Part shown: in pieces, positions 33,241 to 37,991 of the stretch
How positions within the stretch are numbered: the first letter of the stretch is position 1
How the letters are laid out: each line of letters begins with the position of its first letter
IMG/VR virus record: IMGVR_UViG_3300047400_000297
Span: 1 to 37,991 of that record
Length of the DNA: 37,991 bases
Source of the DNA: a virus
Lineage: Duplodnaviria > Caudoviricetes
Strand: one strand, 5' to 3'
Translations under genes and position numbers: made by a program
The notes under the pieces: generated by a model
What the model saw: only the letters and a program-made list of their open reading frames with translations
What the model was told of the DNA's origin: nothing
The model's database searches: none

Positions 33241-33797
33241 GCGTAGTCCTTAAGTTCCGGCTTCTCCAATTGGATTTCTTCGCCATCTGCGCCCTTAATC
33301 CAACCGAGGTCCTGGATGTGATTGAATAGTTCACGAGTCAAATGCACATCGTTCAAGCAATAGTCAAATAACTTGCCCCAATGACCCTTAGCTGCAAGGG
33401 CAGTGGCGAATTCGCCATTGGAGTTTTTCTCCATCCCGATGGTGGCTTTCGCCACATCATCCAACTTATAGCCCTTGCGCCTTCCGTGAAGCGCCTTCCA
33501 AATCTCCGCAAGGATATCATACTGCGGAACCGTGATGTATCGGCCCGTCACGCCAAACACAACCTCGCAGTCAAAGTTGATAGTATTGTAGCCAATCAAC
33601 AAGTCCGCACTGTTCAGGTGGTCCACTGCCTCGTCAAGATTGTGCTGATCATAAATGTGGTAACGGCCAGTGTTGGAATCCGAAATGACGAGCGCACTAA
33701 TGCCACAATCGCCACGCCTAGCGGCGTCCCAGCCGCCAATGTGGTCACTGACGGGATCAAGGATTTCAAGGTCCCAACACAACAATTTGGTATTCAT
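33237..33797 (-). CDS. DEDD / RNase_H_2 (YprB-like) 3'-5' exonuclease
   Basis: WDLE, IGYNTINFD, YDIL, YKLDDVA, YCLNDV. Confidence 0.85.
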   Translation of the reverse strand: MNTKLLCWDLEILDPVSDHIGGWDAARRGDCGISALVISDSNTGRYHIYDQHNLDEAVDHLNSADLLIGYNTINFDCEVVFGVTGRYITVPQYDILAEIWKALHGRRKGYKLDDVAKATIGMEKNSNGEFATALAAKGHWGKLFDYCLNDVHLTRELFNHIQDLGWIKGADGEEIQLEKPELKDYA

Positions 33798-35542
33798 CAG
33801 ATCCTTATGGCGGGCCGAGACACACCCTGCTCCGCGAAGGGAATGCGCACGGAGGAGGCGTCCGTGCCGTGCTCGGCCCGCCGGATTGGTTGACGGTCAT
33901 ACTCATCGTTGTCCATTGTATCACCATATGCCATCATGCGCGGCTTAAGGTGTTGCTCCCACGCACCAAACGGATACTCTTCCTTATCCGCCCGCAACTT
34001 GGGCAGCAATCCAGAGAAGAACTCCGGATTGAAAGTATCAGCAAAACAGTCCGCCAAGTCATTTGGATAGGCGTTAGGGTGGTTGCACAGCTGATAGCGT
34101 AGCGCACTAAGGTTAGTGGCGGCATGGTGGAATTTAACCTGGCCATTGACCACAAAGTGGATGGCATCAGCAATGCGGATTTCCTTCTTCTCTCCAATGT
34201 GCCGTTGGAACGTATAGAAGGTCGGCAGCTCCAGCCCAATGTCCGTGAAACGGTCACTTAGGTATTGCTGCCACAAACCGGCCTTGCCAGCCATCTCAGC
34301 CTCATCTGTGTAGGCAATGACCGGGAAACGCGCCGACCACAACTTGAACTGATCAATGACCATGTCGGCGTAGGTCTCGGCGCGGAAGTTGATGCCACTG
34401 ATAGCATCCAACACAGTGCACACGCCTGGCTCGTTGTCGTGGTGCCCAATGACCACCAACGCTGACTCGGAGCCGCCGGCGACGCGCCTCTGGGACTTGA
34501 AAGCAGTGTCGCCATGAAAAGAGATGGTCATCTTGGGAAGTTGCTCAATGGGGGTGGTGACCACCATAGAATCGAACTGCTCTTCCACAAGGGGGCGAAG
34601 CTTGTGCGCGCGAGGCCGATTAAGGACTTGGCTGGCAAACTTGATGGGGTCGCGCATCTCATAGAGGCGCATTTCGTCTTCCGGCCACACCGTGGGAATG
34701 GCGGGCTTGTCGCCGGCCTTGTCTCGGCCGGACAGGAAGTAGACGTCCCATCGGCCGCCCTGTGTGGTCTGGTATTCCTGGAATTCCGTGTGGCCCGCAA
34801 GGGAGCGGATACCATCTGACTTGAAGGAGCGGCCAAAGGGATCGGCGTCGGAATAGCGAGTACCAACCAGAATGACAAGGCCGTTGCCTTCGACGACCGG
34901 GATGAGGTCGGTCATGTGGCTGTAGGCATACTCGTACCAGTTGACGTCCTTTTTGAGAGCGTCGTAGCTGACAAGGTCATCCATGCAGACGATGTCTGGG
35001 TGTCGGCCCGTGAGGGCGGCGTTGGGCGACCAGATGCCAAAACTGGCCTCAGAACGCTCCTGGGTGCGGGCGGCGTGAGTGATGGTGTCTGAGCGCCAGC
35101 GGTTGTTGTCGCCCTTCCAGGTTCCATAGAGCCAATTGAAGAGACTGTATTCGTCCGTGTTGCCCTCGAGCCACCGCTTGATGGTGCGCAGGAAGTCCTC
35201 AGCCAGCTCCAGCTTCTCGTTGCCGATGTAGGTGGAGAGGTTGGGGTCTTGCAGGTGCAGCCAGAGCATGCCCGCGCGCGTGATGAGAAGGGACTTGGCG
35301 CAGGCTCGGGGGATCAGAATGGCGAGGTACTTGCGGCGGTTTGCGGTGCCGCGCGTCGCGAGCCATTCAAGGGCCTGTTGCTGGAACCAAGCACAGAGGG
35401 GCTTGTGGACCGGGTCGGACCACCACCGGCCCTTCTTGTTCTTGGGGTGTGTGAAGCCCAGGGCCAGCCGAGCAAACAGTTCAAAGTTGTCTCGGCAGGC
35501 CTCGGCCAGTGTCTTGCGCTCTAGTTCTAGGTCCCAGCTCAT
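33797..35542 (-). CDS. terL: Terminase large subunit
   Basis: IPRACAKS Walker A, TGRHPDIVCMDD Walker B, VGTRY...D coupling motif, nuclease DTAF and DLADCFAD. Confidence 0.92.
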   Translation of the reverse strand: MSWDLELERKTLAEACRDNFELFARLALGFTHPKNKKGRWWSDPVHKPLCAWFQQQALEWLATRGTANRRKYLAILIPRACAKSLLITRAGMLWLHLQDPNLSTYIGNEKLELAEDFLRTIKRWLEGNTDEYSLFNWLYGTWKGDNNRWRSDTITHAARTQERSEASFGIWSPNAALTGRHPDIVCMDDLVSYDALKKDVNWYEYAYSHMTDLIPVVEGNGLVILVGTRYSDADPFGRSFKSDGIRSLAGHTEFQEYQTTQGGRWDVYFLSGRDKAGDKPAIPTVWPEDEMRLYEMRDPIKFASQVLNRPRAHKLRPLVEEQFDSMVVTTPIEQLPKMTISFHGDTAFKSQRRVAGGSESALVVIGHHDNEPGVCTVLDAISGINFRAETYADMVIDQFKLWSARFPVIAYTDEAEMAGKAGLWQQYLSDRFTDIGLELPTFYTFQRHIGEKKEIRIADAIHFVVNGQVKFHHAATNLSALRYQLCNHPNAYPNDLADCFADTFNPEFFSGLLPKLRADKEEYPFGAWEQHLKPRMMAYGDTMDNDEYDRQPIRRAEHGTDASSVRIPFAEQGVSRPAIRI

Positions 35543-37991
35543 TTCTTGAGGGCCTCGGTAAGCACGGCACGAACAAATGCGTTAATGCCTTCGCTGGAGG
35601 ATTCGCGGTGTCCGGCGATGTTGATGGTCTGGGCGCCGGTCTTGGTGAGGAACTCACGGATTTGCTGGACTGCAAGCTGTGGATTCTTGGGGTCCGTGAT
35701 GACAAGAACTGGTTTGTGGCCAAGATAAGTTGTCCTTAACAAGCCGTTCTGCCACCTGCCGGTCTGTGCGTAGCCAATGGTCTTGTCGGTGCCAGTACTA
35801 TACTTGAAGCGGAATGCAATAGTAGCATCTGCGTCATCTACGTTTTGCATGGTACGGCCAGTGTAGTTGTCATCTGGGTGTTCTGACATGCCGTATTGGT
35901 CACGGTATTCTGGGCGTGGGCCATCTTGAGTGCGCCAGCCCTTCGGCAGCCAGCCGCCAGTCTCGAGGCCAAGCGACTTAGCGGCTTCCACGCCGGCGAT
36001 GTCGGCGCCCGTTTGGCCGCCCGAGATGACTCGCTTGACACGGATGTCAATGGGAGTTTGTGAAGGTGCCGGTGAATTGCGGATATCCGTGAGAATTCGC
36101 GGGAACTCATTGCGCCAAATGCTGGTTTCTTGTGTGTGAGTCAGGCGGCTATTGCCAGTTGCGTCAAGGGCAGCACGCGCAGTGGGGTTTTGATCAAATG
36201 AAGCGCGCATCAACGCTTCCATAAGTTGGATTGAGTTGTTCTTGTCGGTGATGGGTCCCTGAATCTTTAAGCCGTTGACACTGTCATGCTTCATGTAAAG
36301 GTTGTAGATAGTCTTGTCAAAGACACCAGACTTAAGGGTTTGATAGGCGTGCTCAACTGAACGGAATGGAATCTCACGACCCTTAAAGGTAAACGTAAAT
36401 GGCCGTTCAGCAAGATTGGAAAGCACACTGTTTTCACCCGCACCATGCCACACATTGGTAGTGGTTTGCTCGGCGGGCTTGGCGGCCATGGTTGTGGGAG
36501 GGTTGTCGCGCAGATAGTTGTTGATCCACTCGACGTGACTGCCTGGATAACCGCCACCACCGGCGTAGTATTTGAGGGTCTTGCCGCGAAGAGCATTGAC
36601 GGCGGCAGCAAATTGCGGGTCTTTCATCTTTTCCATGAAGGCTTGTGCGTACTTCTCAACGACTTGTTGTTTGGTGACGCCCTTGGGGCCGCCATTGCCT
36701 TCCCAACTCCATGGGTTGCCAAGCCAACCGTCTTGGCCTGGAGGAGTATTGAGGAGATTGTTTCCGCCAGCGCGCATGGTGTTAATGGCGCCTGGCTCGG
36801 AAGTGGTGGTGACCTTGAACTCAGTTGGTCCCGTGGATGACTTGGGAGTCGTGGGCTGGGCGGGTTTATCCGTGGACTTCTTGAGTGGGGAGGAGGATGG
36901 GGCGTCGGGGATGACACCGGGCTTTAGGCGGAAGTAGAGGCGGTTGTTGGGCTGGATGTTGCCGCCACCCTTGAAACCGTGGCCAGCCGAAAATTGAATG
37001 GGAAGGGTGTAGTCAAGGTTGGCGCCATAGCCGCCGACAATAGGATCGCCGTCTTGGGTCTTGAGGGAAAAGAGAGCGTCTGTGCCAAGTGAGGTTCCAT
37101 TGGCTTTAATGGAGACGACGTTGATGGCGTCAATGATTGCGCGCATAGGCAATGGGCGTGCACGCTGGCTAGCCATAGCGCTTACATCAACGGCACGGAA
37201 TGCACGCGCAGTGCGAAGTTTATCGGCTGGCGAATCCTCGTCTTCAATGCCGATGTTTGGCACATAGCGGGTTGGAGTTTTGTCTGGCTCGCCGGGGAGG
37301 AGTGGACCGGTCTTGGGGATGCCGTCAGTAAGGGCGGTAATGAGTCCTGGGAGTGTGCGGTTACTAATAAAATATTTGGTGATGGTCTCAGATGTTGTTT
37401 TTGAAACGCCATTGCGCAGCAGTGTGCGATATAAATCTTTGGCGATGTCTCTCGCGTTTGCCGCCTTTCCAATGTACTTGTTGACTTCTAGGCCTGGCTT
37501 GGTGAGGGCGACATAGCTGAAGGCTTGTTGTTGGTCTGGGTTGATTGGGTCTTCAAGGCTAACAATTTGGCCGTTGCGTACAAGGTCACGAACGTCCTTG
37601 CGAACAAGTTCCCAGTTTGTGCGATTGCGGCGCGGAAGTGGAATAATGGTTGACTTGATCAGTTCTGGGTCATAAAGGTAGATGGCGTCATAAACATCGG
37701 TGTCGCCAAAGCGCTGGGTGGAGCGCTGCCAAGACTTGTTCTTGCGGGAGCTGCCGGCATCTTCGCCTTCTGCGGTGACAGACCAAACGGGCTCGGCGCC
37801 GATGGGGCGCATTTGTGGCTTGCCATCGTACTTGCTGATGGTTGGAACTTCGGTCAGAATGATGTGGCCATTCTTGTCTACAACTGGCGTGCCATCACTA
37901 TAGCGTTGTGGACCCTTCTCAATCATGGGTGTTGTGGAAGCCAACACCTCCTTAAATCGCTCAAGCATGTGGTCACGTGCGGACTCGCGAG
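35539..37991 (-). CDS. Polyvalent protein, 5'-truncated: unknown N-region, DUF4326-like, NADAR-like and SLOG (molybdenum-carrier/YpsA-like) domains
   Basis: The frame stays open from 37968 to the window edge (..RESARDH-M). GWLGNPW..LRGKTL; LSNLAERPF..SVEHAYQTLK..SFDQNP..ATG; ISGGQTGAD..RTMQNV..DAT..INIAGHRES. Confidence 0.8.
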   Translation of the reverse strand, partial: RESARDHMLERFKEVLASTTPMIEKGPQRYSDGTPVVDKNGHIILTEVPTISKYDGKPQMRPIGAEPVWSVTAEGEDAGSSRKNKSWQRSTQRFGDTDVYDAIYLYDPELIKSTIIPLPRRNRTNWELVRKDVRDLVRNGQIVSLEDPINPDQQQAFSYVALTKPGLEVNKYIGKAANARDIAKDLYRTLLRNGVSKTTSETITKYFISNRTLPGLITALTDGIPKTGPLLPGEPDKTPTRYVPNIGIEDEDSPADKLRTARAFRAVDVSAMASQRARPLPMRAIIDAINVVSIKANGTSLGTDALFSLKTQDGDPIVGGYGANLDYTLPIQFSAGHGFKGGGNIQPNNRLYFRLKPGVIPDAPSSSPLKKSTDKPAQPTTPKSSTGPTEFKVTTTSEPGAINTMRAGGNNLLNTPPGQDGWLGNPWSWEGNGGPKGVTKQQVVEKYAQAFMEKMKDPQFAAAVNALRGKTLKYYAGGGGYPGSHVEWINNYLRDNPPTTMAAKPAEQTTTNVWHGAGENSVLSNLAERPFTFTFKGREIPFRSVEHAYQTLKSGVFDKTIYNLYMKHDSVNGLKIQGPITDKNNSIQLMEALMRASFDQNPTARAALDATGNSRLTHTQETSIWRNEFPRILTDIRNSPAPSQTPIDIRVKRVISGGQTGADIAGVEAAKSLGLETGGWLPKGWRTQDGPRPEYRDQYGMSEHPDDNYTGRTMQNVDDADATIAFRFKYSTGTDKTIGYAQTGRWQNGLLRTTYLGHKPVLVITDPKNPQLAVQQIREFLTKTGAQTINIAGHRESSSEGINAFVRAVLTEALKK

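Larger units (their letters stand above)
1..37991. mobile_element. Tailed dsDNA bacteriophage (podovirus-like), partial genome; replication arm on +, morphogenesis/lysis arm on -
   Basis: TerL, portal, scaffold, major capsid, adaptor/nozzle, internal virion proteins, endolysin and PolA are present. No tape measure, sheath, integrase or host housekeeping genes were recognised. Confidence 0.95.

Noticed and set aside
1-37991. Stop-codon reassignment or suppressor tRNA
   Set aside because: Genes are full length in the standard code. The TAA anticodon reads Leu TTA, not a stop codon.

Overview
The window is most of the genome of a tailed, podovirus-like dsDNA phage with no detectable integrase, arranged as two convergent arms. 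The + arm (1-13895, high GC) carries tRNA-Pro, a Zn-finger amidoligase and class II glutamine amidotransferase pair, and a cluster of three non-canonical structured RNA candidates followed by tRNA-Leu. It continues with a candidate origin, RecA-family helicase, Cas4-like nuclease, AEP/RepB-like primase, Sak4-like ATPase, SSB-like gene, tRNA-Gln, overlapping Zn-finger/HNH genes, a UDG-like/family A DNA polymerase fusion, a DUF1599-like protein, a C5 methyltransferase with a second subunit in an overlapping frame, and ThyX. The - arm (37991-13855) carries a 5'-truncated DUF4326-NADAR-SLOG polyvalent protein, terminase large subunit, a DEDD exonuclease, portal, scaffold, major capsid, a glycosyltransferase, tail adaptor and nozzle, three internal virion proteins, lysis genes and a signal-peptide-bearing beta-helix protein. 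The most notable items are the tRNA-like RNA cluster beside the amidoligase/GATase genes, the dual-coded methyltransferase, the polyvalent protein coupled to TerL and the exported beta-helix protein. All family calls come from motif recognition by eye, all RNA folds were paired by hand, and no searches were run.
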